From a virus (taxonomy: Duplodnaviria; Heunggongvirae; Uroviricota; Caudoviricetes), in the IMG/VR virus record IMGVR_UViG_3300042339_000806: a DNA stretch of 64,000 bases. One strand, given 5' to 3'. Below are positions 1 to 9,510 of this stretch, one piece after another. Position 1 is the stretch's first letter. Every line of letters begins with the position of its first letter. The translations under genes were made by a program, and so were the position numbers. The notes under the pieces are model-generated. The model did not search any database. It saw only the letters and a program-made list of their open reading frames with translations, and was not told where the DNA came from.

Positions 1-114
1 CAGCAACAATTCCAGGGGTAGCAACATTCTTATCAGCTAACATTAACAATACAACAGCAGCCAATTACTATCTTCTAGTATTAGGAGACGCAAACGGAAC
101 AGGACGCAACTAAT

Positions 115-846
115 ATGCTACGCTATATAATCATAGCACTGTTATCAATAAATTCACTCTATTCCCAGGTACAATTTCAAGTGCCTGGGATTACAGTGTC
201 TCCGTCTAATACCATAGATCTACCTGTAGCTATTCTAACAAATGGAAATGCAGTAGGGAGTTTAGAATTTGCTTTAAATTACGATCAAAGCATTTTACAA
301 TTCTCAGAAATAATTTTATCTGAAAAAGCACAAACCTGGTTAACCTATACAATGGATACCGGAAGTGGAAAAGTAAGATGGGGAGGATATGATAGAACAC
401 ATGGACAGCATACTGTAACAGCTCCAACAGAATTATTCATATTAAAATTTACAGTACTTAATCCTAACTGGACTACAACTCCTATAACCGTAGGAAGAAA
501 GACAGCTGGAAATGTACAAGGGTGGGATATCGCTGTAACTAATACAGATGGTTATATCAACTATAATAGGTATGCAGCTCCTTTAGATGAAGATGGAATT
601 CACGGAAAAGTATATCCAGTACCTACAGATGGAATTATAACAATGGAGATGTCTTTACCAGTGAGTGGAGATTATGAAATTGCAGTTTACGACATGGGAG
701 GAAATCAACTAAGTATAAAGAAAGAACGTTTTGCAAAAGGACCGAATACTACTTATGGAGATCTAACTGCTTACCCAAGTGGTAACTATTTATTAAATAT
801 AAGAAGTAAGAACTTCGCAAAAACATTTAAAGTAATAAAAAAATAA
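115..846 (+). CDS. secreted protein with T9SS (Por) C-terminal sorting domain and cohesin-like N-terminal region
   Basis: N-terminal signal-like hydrophobic segment MLRYIIIALLSINSLYSQ. C-terminal ~80 aa (GDYEIAVYDMGGN...YLLNIRSKNFAKTFKVI) resembles the Bacteroidetes type IX secretion CTD. Confidence 0.5.
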   Translation: MLRYIIIALLSINSLYSQVQFQVPGITVSPSNTIDLPVAILTNGNAVGSLEFALNYDQSILQFSEIILSEKAQTWLTYTMDTGSGKVRWGGYDRTHGQHTVTAPTELFILKFTVLNPNWTTTPITVGRKTAGNVQGWDIAVTNTDGYINYNRYAAPLDEDGIHGKVYPVPTDGIITMEMSLPVSGDYEIAVYDMGGNQLSIKKERFAKGPNTTYGDLTAYPSGNYLLNIRSKNFAKTFKVIKK

Positions 847-849
847 GCT

Positions 850-1173
850 ATGTCAGAAGAAACAAACAACGAAGGTGGATTATCAGGATTGAAAAAAACC
901 TTAATCGGAACTCTAACTACAGTAATCGGTGGAGCAGGTATTTGGGTATCAACAACTTTATTCGGAGGTCACTCAGAAGATAAAGAAGAAGTGAAAACAG
1001 AACAAGTAGCACCAGCACCAGCAGCAGCACCTGTCATTAATGTTAATTTGGAGAACAACAACACCAACCAACAAAAACAACAATCAAACAACTCTAATTC
1101 AGCTAAAGCCGCTCCTGCTCCAGTTCAACAAGCAGCACCAGCACCAGCTCCTGCTCAAAAAGAATCTTGGTAA
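850..1173 (+). CDS. hypothetical membrane protein, Ala/Pro/Gln-rich tail
   Basis: One TM helix (TLIGTLTTVIGGAGIWVSTTLFGG) and a low-complexity APAPA tail. Confidence 0.35.
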   Translation: MSEETNNEGGLSGLKKTLIGTLTTVIGGAGIWVSTTLFGGHSEDKEEVKTEQVAPAPAAAPVINVNLENNNTNQQKQQSNNSNSAKAAPAPVQQAAPAPAPAQKESW

Positions 1174-1176
1174 TAG

Positions 1177-1446
1177 ATGGAAGAGACAAAAGGGTTCATG
1201 GATACATTCCTGTCTAAACTAAAGGAACAGTCTTTTACTATAATAGTTATGGTAGGAATAATCTGGTACCAGGGAGTGATGATGGAAGAAAGAGTTGCCT
1301 ATTGGCAAAAACTCTATGAGGCTCAAAAGGCTTATATTGAGGAAACTACTAAAGAAGATAAAGCAATTTTATTAGAAAGAGTAAAAGATTTAACAGATCA
1401 AAGAGAAAAGTATATAGAAGATTTATTAATACAAAAAAATAAATAA
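1177..1446 (+). CDS. hypothetical small membrane protein
   Basis: ORF with one predicted TM segment, tightly packed with neighbours. Confidence 0.35.
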   Translation: MEETKGFMDTFLSKLKEQSFTIIVMVGIIWYQGVMMEERVAYWQKLYEAQKAYIEETTKEDKAILLERVKDLTDQREKYIEDLLIQKNK

Positions 1447-1448
1447 AA

Positions 1449-2432
1449 ATGGCAGACGAAACAATCGGAGTTGTAGTAGGTAACGAACAAGCAGGTGCAT
1501 CAGCAGAAGCACACGCGGGAACAGAAGTAACAGATACATCAGTATCAGCAAATGCCGGAGTATCAGCCGAGGCTCATGCCAATGTAGAAAATACAACCGA
1601 AGTTGTAGAAGGAGTAGATATTAATTCAGAAGCACACGCTACAGCAGAAGCATCAGTAGAAGCACAAGCACAAGCAGGATGGGATGGACATGACGCTTCA
1701 GCATCAGCTGGAGTAACAGCTGAAGTAAAAGTAGAGGTAGAAGCTTCAACAGAAGTAGAAACTGATTACGGAACAGCAGGAGTACATGCCGGAGCATATG
1801 CAGAAGCACATGCAGGAGTAGAAGCAAATGCTTCAATAGGAGAACATGGAGCTGAAGCTAACGCAGGAGCATCAGTGGGAACATCAGTAGGAGTAGAAGC
1901 AGGAGTAACAGCACAATCAGGTGATGTATCAGCAGAAGCAAATGCAGGAGTATCTGTAGGGGTACAAGCAGGAGCAGAAGTTGGAGGTGGAGCTACTTAC
2001 GATGATGGAGCTATCACATTAGGAGTTGAAGGTGAATTAGCACTTTTAGTTGGTGTAGATGTAGACGCATCAGTAACTATAGATGTATCGGATGAAGTAG
2101 AAGCAGCTAAAGCAGCGGCAGAAGAAGCGGCTAAAGCAGCAGCAGATTTATTAGCATCTCAAGAAGCAGCTGAAGCACAACGTGTAGCAGAAGAAACAGC
2201 AGCAGAAACAAAACGTGTAGCAGATGAAGCAGCTAGAGTATTAGCAGAACAAGCTGCAGCAACTGAGAGAAGATTAGCTGAAGAAGCAGCAGCAGCTCAA
2301 AGAGAATTAGAAAGACAAGCAAGAGAAGCTCAAGACGTACTTGATAGAAAAGCAAGAGAAGCTCAAGATGCACTTAATAATGCAGGTAAAGCAATAGAAA
2401 AAAGTAAAGCTAATCCAAGAAATTGGTTCTAA
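1449..2432 (+). CDS. repetitive Ala/Glu/Val/Gly-rich protein with C-terminal coiled coil
   Basis: Degenerate tandem peptide repeats (SAEAHAG/ EANAGVSVG) visible as nucleotide repeats (gcagaagcacacgc...). C-terminal AEEAAKAAADLLASQEAAEAQR coiled-coil-like segment. Confidence 0.4.
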   Translation: MADETIGVVVGNEQAGASAEAHAGTEVTDTSVSANAGVSAEAHANVENTTEVVEGVDINSEAHATAEASVEAQAQAGWDGHDASASAGVTAEVKVEVEASTEVETDYGTAGVHAGAYAEAHAGVEANASIGEHGAEANAGASVGTSVGVEAGVTAQSGDVSAEANAGVSVGVQAGAEVGGGATYDDGAITLGVEGELALLVGVDVDASVTIDVSDEVEAAKAAAEEAAKAAADLLASQEAAEAQRVAEETAAETKRVADEAARVLAEQAAATERRLAEEAAAAQRELERQAREAQDVLDRKAREAQDALNNAGKAIEKSKANPRNWF

Positions 2433-3145
2433 TGGTAAGAAAATTAATATTTATACTATTTTTATTAGCAAGCATAATAGGCTCTGCTCAAAAAGTAGGG
2501 TCTGTTAAAACTGAAGTCTACCAAGCCGATTTTGAAAAGAAGCAATCATTAGAGGTTGTATCTGATTATAGCGGAGACATAGTCATCCCTATTCAGATCC
2601 TTAAGATTGGTATCAATGAGGAATTATATGAAATGTACCCTGAACTAAAAGATAAAAGAGTTGGTTTAGGAGTATCAAATATAGTATTAGAGTATTTAGA
2701 GTCCACAAATAGATTTAAGTTTACAGAAGACAGAGAAGAAATAAAACAAAAAATGATTGCTCAACACATAGCTTCAGCTAAGGGTATATCAGAAAATAAA
2801 ATAGAAGTTAAAGGAAATGTTATATTAGCAAAGTATTTTGTTTATATAGAAGTCTATGATTTCAGCATAGGTGAGGATGAAGAAGTTTCAACCTCTGGAG
2901 CTGAGATAAGACAAAAAACAATATTAGGGTTACAAGTAAGATTTGTGGATGCACAGAGCGGTGAAATAATTACTGGATCAGGATCCGGTGAAGCAGTTAC
3001 AGTGAAGAAGGCAAGCTTATTAGATGGACTCGACGATATTAAATTTAATCAATCAACAATCGGAGTATCTACCAAAAAGTCATTAGAAACTGCCTCTTCA
3101 AGAGTAGTATCAAAAATGATTAAAAAGGGGATATTTCCGAACTAA
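2423..3145 (+). CDS. secreted/lipoprotein-like protein, possible CsgG-like fold
   Basis: Signal peptide MVRKLIFILFLLASIIGSAQ. GLGVSNIVLEYLESTNRFKFTEDRE resembles the CsgG-family motif (GLxDMLTTxLxxSGRFxVxER). Weak, by-eye call. Confidence 0.35.
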   Translation: MVLMVRKLIFILFLLASIIGSAQKVGSVKTEVYQADFEKKQSLEVVSDYSGDIVIPIQILKIGINEELYEMYPELKDKRVGLGVSNIVLEYLESTNRFKFTEDREEIKQKMIAQHIASAKGISENKIEVKGNVILAKYFVYIEVYDFSIGEDEEVSTSGAEIRQKTILGLQVRFVDAQSGEIITGSGSGEAVTVKKASLLDGLDDIKFNQSTIGVSTKKSLETASSRVVSKMIKKGIFPN

Positions 3146-4575
3146 TGAAAAAATGGATTTCTTTATTTATATTCTTTGCTTTCCTACAGGCTTCAGCCCA
3201 GTACAGCTACACCTATACAGATCCGTGTACACTACAATCCAAGAGCGTATTCGTACCTGCTGGGGGAAATGTAATGGTAAACTACTTTGATAACCATAAT
3301 ACATTTTCTGCAAATGACTTCTCCTCAGGAGTCTTCGATAACTGGATAACTCTAGTATCTCAACAAAATTCAAACTCACCTTGTGAATCAGTAACTACAG
3401 CTATTGTAAATAGTATAACCAATGTAACAGTTGCTAACACATTAACTGTTGTTACAAATGTAATATCAGTAACAAACGTAGCTCAATCCATAGCGACCAT
3501 AGGAGGATCTATGGGAAGCTCTATGACAGCTACAGCCGGAGGCGTAACAAACTCTTCACAAAGTGAAGGAGGTAGTACTAACCAAAACTCAAAAGATGAA
3601 AAAAAATCCGATTCAAATACCAATTCAGGAACAAATACAGGAACTACTGGAACAAGCCCAACAGGTAACCAAAGTCAAGGAGGCCAAACCACTTCTAACC
3701 CTTCTGGAGGAACACCTACAGGATCTTCAACAGGAACACCTCAACAAGGAGGAGAAACTACAAGTCCAAATCAACCAGCTTCAACAGGAGGTTCATCGTC
3801 TGAGTCGTCTGTAGAAGGTTCAAGCGGTGGAGGAAGTAATTTAGCTAACTCTTTATCCAACTCTGTAGATGGAGGATCATCTGACGGAGGAAGTTCAGGC
3901 GGTGGAGGAACATCAGGCGGTGGTAAAAAATCTAATAATGCAGCTAAAAGTGTAGGAAGTTTAATTGCCTCAGGAGATATAGTAGCTATTGCCAATACTG
4001 ATCAAACTCAGAACTTTAGATTTGTAGGAAGTATAACTCATGCCAATACTAGAGGAACTAGAATCAAAGGAGTATTATTCAATTATACCTCAGGAGTTAA
4101 TAACTTAAATGTTACTTTTTATAAATCCTGGATTAATAAATCTAAAAAATTAAACACAGTAGGAGCTCAATCCATTATGATGGATTTTGATAAAAATTTC
4201 TTTAGTACAACGACAGTATTAGAATCATATAAAGTAAGTAACAAACTAACAGGAATGTTTGGTGTCAATTTTACAGCAGGTAAAATGGGAGAAAGAGCTT
4301 TATTGAATCTATCAGCTGTAGGTGGAGCACATAGTAGTTTTAAACTAAGCGATAGAGTTAGTACTAGCGTACTTGTATTAGGAGTATACTCTCCATTCAC
4401 TCAGTTCTACGAAGGTAAATGGTGGGATGCTGGCATAATAGTAGTACCATTTAATTCATGGGATTTAAAAATAACTAAGACATTTAAGTTTAATGTAAGT
4501 TTTACAGGAGTATACGAAGCAGGTAAAGAATTTTTAAATTACCAAATATTAACAGGTGGTAAATTGACATTTTAA
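3145..4575 (+). CDS. secreted Ser/Thr/Gly-rich protein with C-terminal beta-rich, OMP-like domain ending in Phe
   Basis: Signal peptide MKKWISLFIFFAFLQASAQ, a long S/T/G/N linker, and a C-terminal alternating hydrophobic pattern with terminal ...LTGGKLTF typical of beta-barrel OMPs. Confidence 0.4.
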   Translation: MKKWISLFIFFAFLQASAQYSYTYTDPCTLQSKSVFVPAGGNVMVNYFDNHNTFSANDFSSGVFDNWITLVSQQNSNSPCESVTTAIVNSITNVTVANTLTVVTNVISVTNVAQSIATIGGSMGSSMTATAGGVTNSSQSEGGSTNQNSKDEKKSDSNTNSGTNTGTTGTSPTGNQSQGGQTTSNPSGGTPTGSSTGTPQQGGETTSPNQPASTGGSSSESSVEGSSGGGSNLANSLSNSVDGGSSDGGSSGGGGTSGGGKKSNNAAKSVGSLIASGDIVAIANTDQTQNFRFVGSITHANTRGTRIKGVLFNYTSGVNNLNVTFYKSWINKSKKLNTVGAQSIMMDFDKNFFSTTTVLESYKVSNKLTGMFGVNFTAGKMGERALLNLSAVGGAHSSFKLSDRVSTSVLVLGVYSPFTQFYEGKWWDAGIIVVPFNSWDLKITKTFKFNVSFTGVYEAGKEFLNYQILTGGKLTF

Positions 4576-4660
4576 TTATGAAAAAATTAAATCAATTATT
4601 TGAAAGGTTTTACGATAAGGTATCAAATTTCCTTTTTGGAAGATAAAACAGTTTAGTATT

Positions 4661-5116
4661 ATGAAAAAATTATTTTTATTATTAGCATTAGTATTTTTAG
4701 TATCAGCTGATACAACTACTAAGGAATGTTATAAAGTAACAAAAGTGTCTTCACAAGTTGAAGCACCTGAAATGAAAAAAGAAAGAGTTGTATTCGGAAT
4801 TAAACAAATGACAGAAGAAATTCTATCTGAAAAGCATGACATATGTGAAGATGGAACTCCAGTAGAAGTAGAAGTACTATCAGTTGAAGCACCTTCCACA
4901 AATACATCTTTAGGTCCATTCTCTAAAACTAAAAAAATTACTATTGTAAAATTAAGACTTATAATAGGAAAAGAGGAATACTGGGGTCAAGGAGAAGCAA
5001 ACGTAACAGTTCAATCAACATTCTTAGATTTGAACGACGATAACTTACCATTTAACAAGACTGCATTCTCAGGAGCAGTTAAAAAAGCTTTAGTAGAAGC
5101 TGTTGGAGAAATGTAA
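4661..5116 (+). CDS. small secreted protein
   Basis: Signal peptide MKKLFLLLALVFLVSA. Confidence 0.35.
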   Translation: MKKLFLLLALVFLVSADTTTKECYKVTKVSSQVEAPEMKKERVVFGIKQMTEEILSEKHDICEDGTPVEVEVLSVEAPSTNTSLGPFSKTKKITIVKLRLIIGKEEYWGQGEANVTVQSTFLDLNDDNLPFNKTAFSGAVKKALVEAVGEM

Positions 5117-5137
5117 AAAATTTCGTATCTTTAAGAT

Positions 5138-5341
5138 ATGGAAGAATTCACTTTTAAATTTAGAGGAAAGACATACCGACTTACAGACAAGTGGGAGGAA
5201 ACCTGTGTGAATGATTCTAAAGTTTTTCAGATACAGCAATTCAAATATGTAGACAAAGTAGGTGATTATGTTACTATGGAAAATAGAATAAATAATCAGA
5301 TAATGCTTGGATACCTGGAAGAAATTTCGTATATTAAATAA
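5138..5341 (+). CDS. hypothetical protein
   Basis: ORF directly downstream of a promoter-like motif (TTG-N20-TATCTTTA). Confidence 0.3.
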   Translation: MEEFTFKFRGKTYRLTDKWEETCVNDSKVFQIQQFKYVDKVGDYVTMENRINNQIMLGYLEEISYIK

Positions 5342-5495
5342 TAATCAAAAATCAAATTTATGTCTAAAAATTCAGCAAAGAGTATCTATACTCAACTAAT
5401 GGAATGGATTCCTACACTGAACCGTCCAAAACAAGCCGTAGAACAATCATCAACTAAATTCAGCAAAGCTGATCACTACAAATCAAAAGGAGCAT

Positions 5496-5762
5496 ATGGC
5501 AAAGCAGGTAATTAAATTTTTCGCCGATTGGTGTGGACCTTGTAAGATCTACGGACCATCTTTTACTCAAGTGAGAGAAGAATTAGAAAGTGATGAGATT
5601 ACTTTCTTAGAAATTAATGTTGAAAATGATCCTGAAAATTTAGCAGGTGAATACGGAGTAAGAGGAATTCCTCATACGGTAGTTGTACAAGAGGGAGTAG
5701 AACCAAAAGCTGCATCCGGAAGACTAGGAGTAGAAGAATTAAAAGAATTTATTTTAAACTAA
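5496..5762 (+). CDS. trxA: thioredoxin
   Basis: WCGPC active-site motif (FFADWCGPCK), 88 aa, thioredoxin fold size. Confidence 0.8.
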   Translation: MAKQVIKFFADWCGPCKIYGPSFTQVREELESDEITFLEINVENDPENLAGEYGVRGIPHTVVVQEGVEPKAASGRLGVEELKEFILN

Positions 5763-5774
5763 AAACTAAAACAA

Positions 5775-6083
5775 ATGTTACGTAATCCAAACACAATACC
5801 AGCAGGTGATACAGTTATCGAGGATCCAATCATGGAGCCATTCTTCATTACGCATTCTTCATCAGGAGGATATACAGTTTACGAAAGAGTAAACAGAGGT
5901 AAAGATGATAAAGCATATCTGAGAACTGTATGCTATCCAGCCACATTCAATTATGCATTGAGAGCTGTTTCAAAAGAGCTATTAAGTTTTAATAGTAACA
6001 AGCACTTTAAGACAATAAAGGAATATATTGAAACTTGGGACTCTATTGAGCAAAGTATGAAGACAATGACTACTATCGGATAA
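5775..6083 (+). CDS. hypothetical protein
   Basis: ORF only. Confidence 0.3.
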   Translation: MLRNPNTIPAGDTVIEDPIMEPFFITHSSSGGYTVYERVNRGKDDKAYLRTVCYPATFNYALRAVSKELLSFNSNKHFKTIKEYIETWDSIEQSMKTMTTIG

Positions 6084-6224
6084 GAAAGAGAATATGGTAG
6101 AGACATTTAGACATGCGATGGGACTATGTGGAGAGCATTGGCACCCTAATTTATTAAATATTTCTGCATTTTCTGTTGCCTTCGGAGGAAGTATTTCATA
6201 TATTAAGTATAAAATAAAATCATT

Positions 6225-6428
6225 ATGGAAGAAGCAGGATTAATATCGTTATACGATTATTTAGGTTATGCAGCCGGGGGTGAATTAGGTAAACAGGTAG
6301 CTACAGCTGCTGCTAAGTCTAAAGAGAAGATTGGCAAAAGAGCAATCAGCAATACTCGATATAAAGGAGAAGTATTGTTATACCGTAGAGAGTTCTTACA
6401 AGAGTATTTTAAAACTCAACAACTATAG
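6225..6428 (+). CDS. hypothetical protein
   Basis: ORF only. Confidence 0.3.
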   Translation: MEEAGLISLYDYLGYAAGGELGKQVATAAAKSKEKIGKRAISNTRYKGEVLLYRREFLQEYFKTQQL

Positions 6429-6476
6429 CGTTTGCCTATACGCTTAAAATACCTGGCTTATTTAAAATTATAAATT

Positions 6477-7367
6477 ATGTCTAAAAAACATGTTGTAGTA
6501 TCCTTAAGTGGAGGAATGGACTCAAGTACATTATTACTTAGATGTCTAAAAGAGTATGATAGTGTAACAGCTATCTCATTTGACTATGGTCAAAAACACA
6601 GAGTAGAGCTAGATAGAGCTCAATCATTGGTGAATTATATAAATTCAAACGATTCTATTGAAGCTAATGGAAGTAATTACATATTTTACCCAAAAGTAAA
6701 CTATCGCCAAATCAAACTAGACGGATTAGTTGACTTACTAGATTCAGCTTTAGTAACTGGAGGTGAAGATGTACCAGAAGGTCACTATGCAGAAGATAAT
6801 ATGAAAGCAACAGTTGTTCCTAACAGAAACAAAATATTTGCTTCTATTACTCAAGCAATAGCTTTATCAGTTGCTCAAAGAACAGGTGAATTTTGTAGTA
6901 TTGCTTTAGGTATTCACGCTGGAGATCATGCAATTTATCCTGATTGTAGACAAGAATTCCGTGATGCTGATGATTATGCATTTAGAATAGGAAATTGGGG
7001 AGCTGAAAATGTAGGGTATTTTACACCTTACTTGAAAGGAGATAAATTTACTATCTTACAAGACGGAGAAGTATTATGTGAAGAATTAGGATTAAATTTT
7101 GATGAAGTTTATAAAAGAACTAACACATCTTATAAACCAATTTGGATACCTGGACCTGAAAGTAACTCAAGAGTAGAAGAAACACTTAGAACTAAATTTG
7201 GAGAATGGTACTCAGATTATAAATCAGCTTCATCAGTTGAAAGAGTAGAAGCATTTATTAAATTAGGAAGAAAAGATCCAGCTCCTTATGCAGACGAAAC
7301 AGGACCAGTAACATGGGAACATGTGGTAGCAGAGGTAACAAAAGTATTAGATAACCATAACAATTAA
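6477..7367 (+). CDS. queC: QueC-like 7-cyano-7-deazaguanine synthase (PP-loop ATPase), atypical C-terminus
   Basis: N-terminus VVVSLSGGMDSSTLL...YDSVTAISFDYGQKHRVELDRA matches QueC SGGxDS PP-loop and DYGQRH. The YPDCRQEF motif is present. The canonical C-terminal Cys4 zinc cluster is not seen; it is replaced by a ~90 aa Cys-poor extension. Confidence 0.65.
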   Translation: MSKKHVVVSLSGGMDSSTLLLRCLKEYDSVTAISFDYGQKHRVELDRAQSLVNYINSNDSIEANGSNYIFYPKVNYRQIKLDGLVDLLDSALVTGGEDVPEGHYAEDNMKATVVPNRNKIFASITQAIALSVAQRTGEFCSIALGIHAGDHAIYPDCRQEFRDADDYAFRIGNWGAENVGYFTPYLKGDKFTILQDGEVLCEELGLNFDEVYKRTNTSYKPIWIPGPESNSRVEETLRTKFGEWYSDYKSASSVERVEAFIKLGRKDPAPYADETGPVTWEHVVAEVTKVLDNHNN

Positions 7368-7371
7368 GATT

Positions 7372-7842
7372 ATGAACGAAACAAACAGCAACTGGCTGAC
7401 AAACAATCCTTGTAATATAACTACAACAGGAATAACAACAGGAACATCCACTATAAACGGATACTCAGGAACAACAATATCCGGAAATTCTACAACACAT
7501 ATAAACGGAACAGTAGGAATGGGATGTATTAATCCTTCAGAAAAACTTACAATATCGGGAACAAACTTTAACCAAGGATTAACCCTACAAGGAAATTCAA
7601 CAATTAATTATTCAACAAATCAAATTCAAAATAACATGGCACCAAGACAAGTACAAGTAGCAGTATTCACAATCACAAGAGATGTAGATACAAATGAAAT
7701 CAATTCAACAACATTTGTAAAAGAATTATGGGTTGAGCAAAAAAACGGAACATCAATCGATTTAATTGTTGCAAAAAAATTAGATAAAGATTTTGATCCT
7801 GAATTTACAATTATTAAAGTACTTTCAACAGTATCTTTTTAA
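7372..7842 (+). CDS. hypothetical Asn/Thr/Gly-rich protein
   Basis: ORF, low-complexity N-terminal half. Confidence 0.3.
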   Translation: MNETNSNWLTNNPCNITTTGITTGTSTINGYSGTTISGNSTTHINGTVGMGCINPSEKLTISGTNFNQGLTLQGNSTINYSTNQIQNNMAPRQVQVAVFTITRDVDTNEINSTTFVKELWVEQKNGTSIDLIVAKKLDKDFDPEFTIIKVLSTVSF

Positions 7843-7910
7843 TAAAAAAGTTGCTCAATTGAATTAAAGTTCGTATCTTTAAGTATTATTAATAACAAAA
7901 GAAAGTAAAA

Positions 7911-8111
7911 ATGAAAAAAGTATTTTTAGTATTAGCATTAGTATCAGCAGTATTAGTGTCTTGTAAAAAAGTAGAAGCACCTGCAAGATTAACAACAGTA
8001 GACTCAACAGCAGTAGTAGTTGATTCAGCATCAGTTGATACAACAGAAGAAGGTGCAATCATTGAAACTGAAAAAGTTCAGGATTCAATCGACGCTGCAA
8101 CCACAAAGTAA
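7911..8111 (+). CDS. small lipoprotein
   Basis: MKKVFLVLALVSAVLVSCKK: signal peptide with a lipobox-like LVSC. Preceded by a promoter motif at 7851-7888. Confidence 0.4.
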   Translation: MKKVFLVLALVSAVLVSCKKVEAPARLTTVDSTAVVVDSASVDTTEEGAIIETEKVQDSIDAATTK

Positions 8112-8324
8112 AACACACCCCAGTAGATAGGTCCGCCAAGAAAGTCTTTAAACAACGTGGGAACTGCGGCTCTCCCAATGTGGCTGGAATGTTTTAAAAT
8201 TACCAATGCTCGCTGTTAATTGAGAAGTAGAGTGTATTAATTTCCGAACAAGGGTTTATAGTAGGAAGGCGTCACTTATTGCACTCAATCAGAAACCCTG
8301 AAAGACCAAGGTTGGTAAAAAAAG

Positions 8325-8409
8325 AATCGGTTAGTGTCAACGGGAAAGTTCCTGCTAGGGTTAACATGGACGATAAGTCTGGATGAGGGTTCGAATCCCT
8401 CACCGATTC
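8325..8409 (+). tRNA. tRNA-like element (class II length, anticodon unresolved)
   Basis: Perfect 7-bp acceptor aatcggt/accgatt, T-arm gaggg-TTCGAAT-ccctc, and a variable-arm hairpin ggac-gataa-gtct. The anticodon stem could not be folded by eye. Confidence 0.35.
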
Positions 8410-8431
8410 CAAATTTTAAGATTACCGTTCT

Positions 8432-8761
8432 TTGAATTTAAAAAACAAAACTATGGAACAAATTTTAGCATTTGTTTTAGGTGTTAGTATAGCTCTTCTT
8501 GTATGGGGAGTTGTGGTAGCGTTTAAGACAGTAAAGAAAGTAAAGCAGATTGAACAAAAGATTGCAGGACATCAAGAGTGGATTCAAAGAAACGATGAGA
8601 TGGTGAATCGTAGAATAGATCAAGAAGTTGATCGAACAAATAATGTCTTCAATGACTGTATCAGACATACAGATTCAAGAGTAGATAAATTAGAACAAAA
8701 ACTTACATCAATTGACAGAAACGGATGTGAGCCAGTTAAAGACAAGTTATTAAAAGGATAA
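8432..8761 (+). CDS. membrane-anchored coiled-coil protein
   Basis: N-terminal TM (ILAFVLGVSIALLVWGVVVAF) followed by a charged helical region. Confidence 0.35.
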   Translation: MNLKNKTMEQILAFVLGVSIALLVWGVVVAFKTVKKVKQIEQKIAGHQEWIQRNDEMVNRRIDQEVDRTNNVFNDCIRHTDSRVDKLEQKLTSIDRNGCEPVKDKLLKG

Positions 8762-8939
8762 ATTAACCCAAAGAACGGTAATTATTAAAAAACTATTATA
8801 CATAATATATTTCATCCCATTACTATGCTATTCTCAGAATATCATAATAGGAGACTCACAAACACCTTACATTGATAAAAATTCAAATAAGGTAGAAAAA
8901 GTAAGCTCTTTATGGAAGGGAGGGATAGGAGTTGATAAA

Positions 8940-9275
8940 TTGACCTCAATGGTTTCAAATTATAAAACATCTCCTAAAGTAAAAAATATAATTTTATGTA
9001 TAGGAACAAATAACAATTTCCGAACAGGAAATATTAAAGAATTATTCAAAGCAGTAAAGAAAACTTTTCCAAATGCTACCATTTATGTAATAAAAGGATC
9101 ATGGGGTTGGGGAGGAAACAAAAGAATAACAGAAGAAAAAGTAAATAATTATTACAAACAATACGAAAAAGAAGGAGGAATCATAATAAATCCAGCAATA
9201 GGAAGAAATGAACCTCACCAGAATTTAACAGTTTATAAAACAATAGGACAACAATTGGATAATATTTTAAAATAA
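8940..9275 (+). CDS. hypothetical protein (possible SGNH-hydrolase-like)
   Basis: IILCIGTNN resembles the SGNH block I. Weak. Confidence 0.25.
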   Translation: MTSMVSNYKTSPKVKNIILCIGTNNNFRTGNIKELFKAVKKTFPNATIYVIKGSWGWGGNKRITEEKVNNYYKQYEKEGGIIINPAIGRNEPHQNLTVYKTIGQQLDNILK

Positions 9276-9510
9276 TTTATTTAATAGTTGGTTTGGAAAG
9301 GAAAAGTTCATATATTTATATATAGAAACAAATAAAATGAAAGCACAACAAAACATACATCAACTTAATCTTACAGCGCAGAGAGCCATTAGTATATGGT
9401 CGGATTCGTTATGTGGAGATGTGATTGTAGGCTTTACGTATAATAACGAACCGAAAAAAGGCAAGACCGGGGTATGATATAATTAACTTATACATATAAA
9501 TTCTAATAAG

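Noticed and set aside
1040-1222. Nested alternative-frame + ORFs 1040-1222, 3563-3814, 30566-30919 and 43537-43749
   Set aside because: Each lies within a longer ORF with better support, and 3563-3814 is a Gln/Glu-rich reading of the Ser/Thr/Gly linker. No independent start signal or promoter. Kept only as possible overprinting, not called.
5118-5138. Promoter call directly abutting the ATG of 5138 (and similarly 47175-47211 before 47212)
   Set aside because: The TTG-N20-TATCTTTA geometry is present, but the box ends at or within the start codon. That would require a leaderless transcript, which is possible but unproven. Mentioned in the promoter finding rather than annotated as a feature.
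8111-8411. tmRNA (ssrA) hypothesis for the ORF-free region ending in a T-arm and acceptor
   Set aside because: The 3' end is ...ACCGATTCCA without the tmRNA-type GGGGG/CCCCC acceptor pairing to a distant 5' end, and no tag-peptide reading frame with resume codon was evident. Retained only as a tRNA-like element of unknown anticodon.
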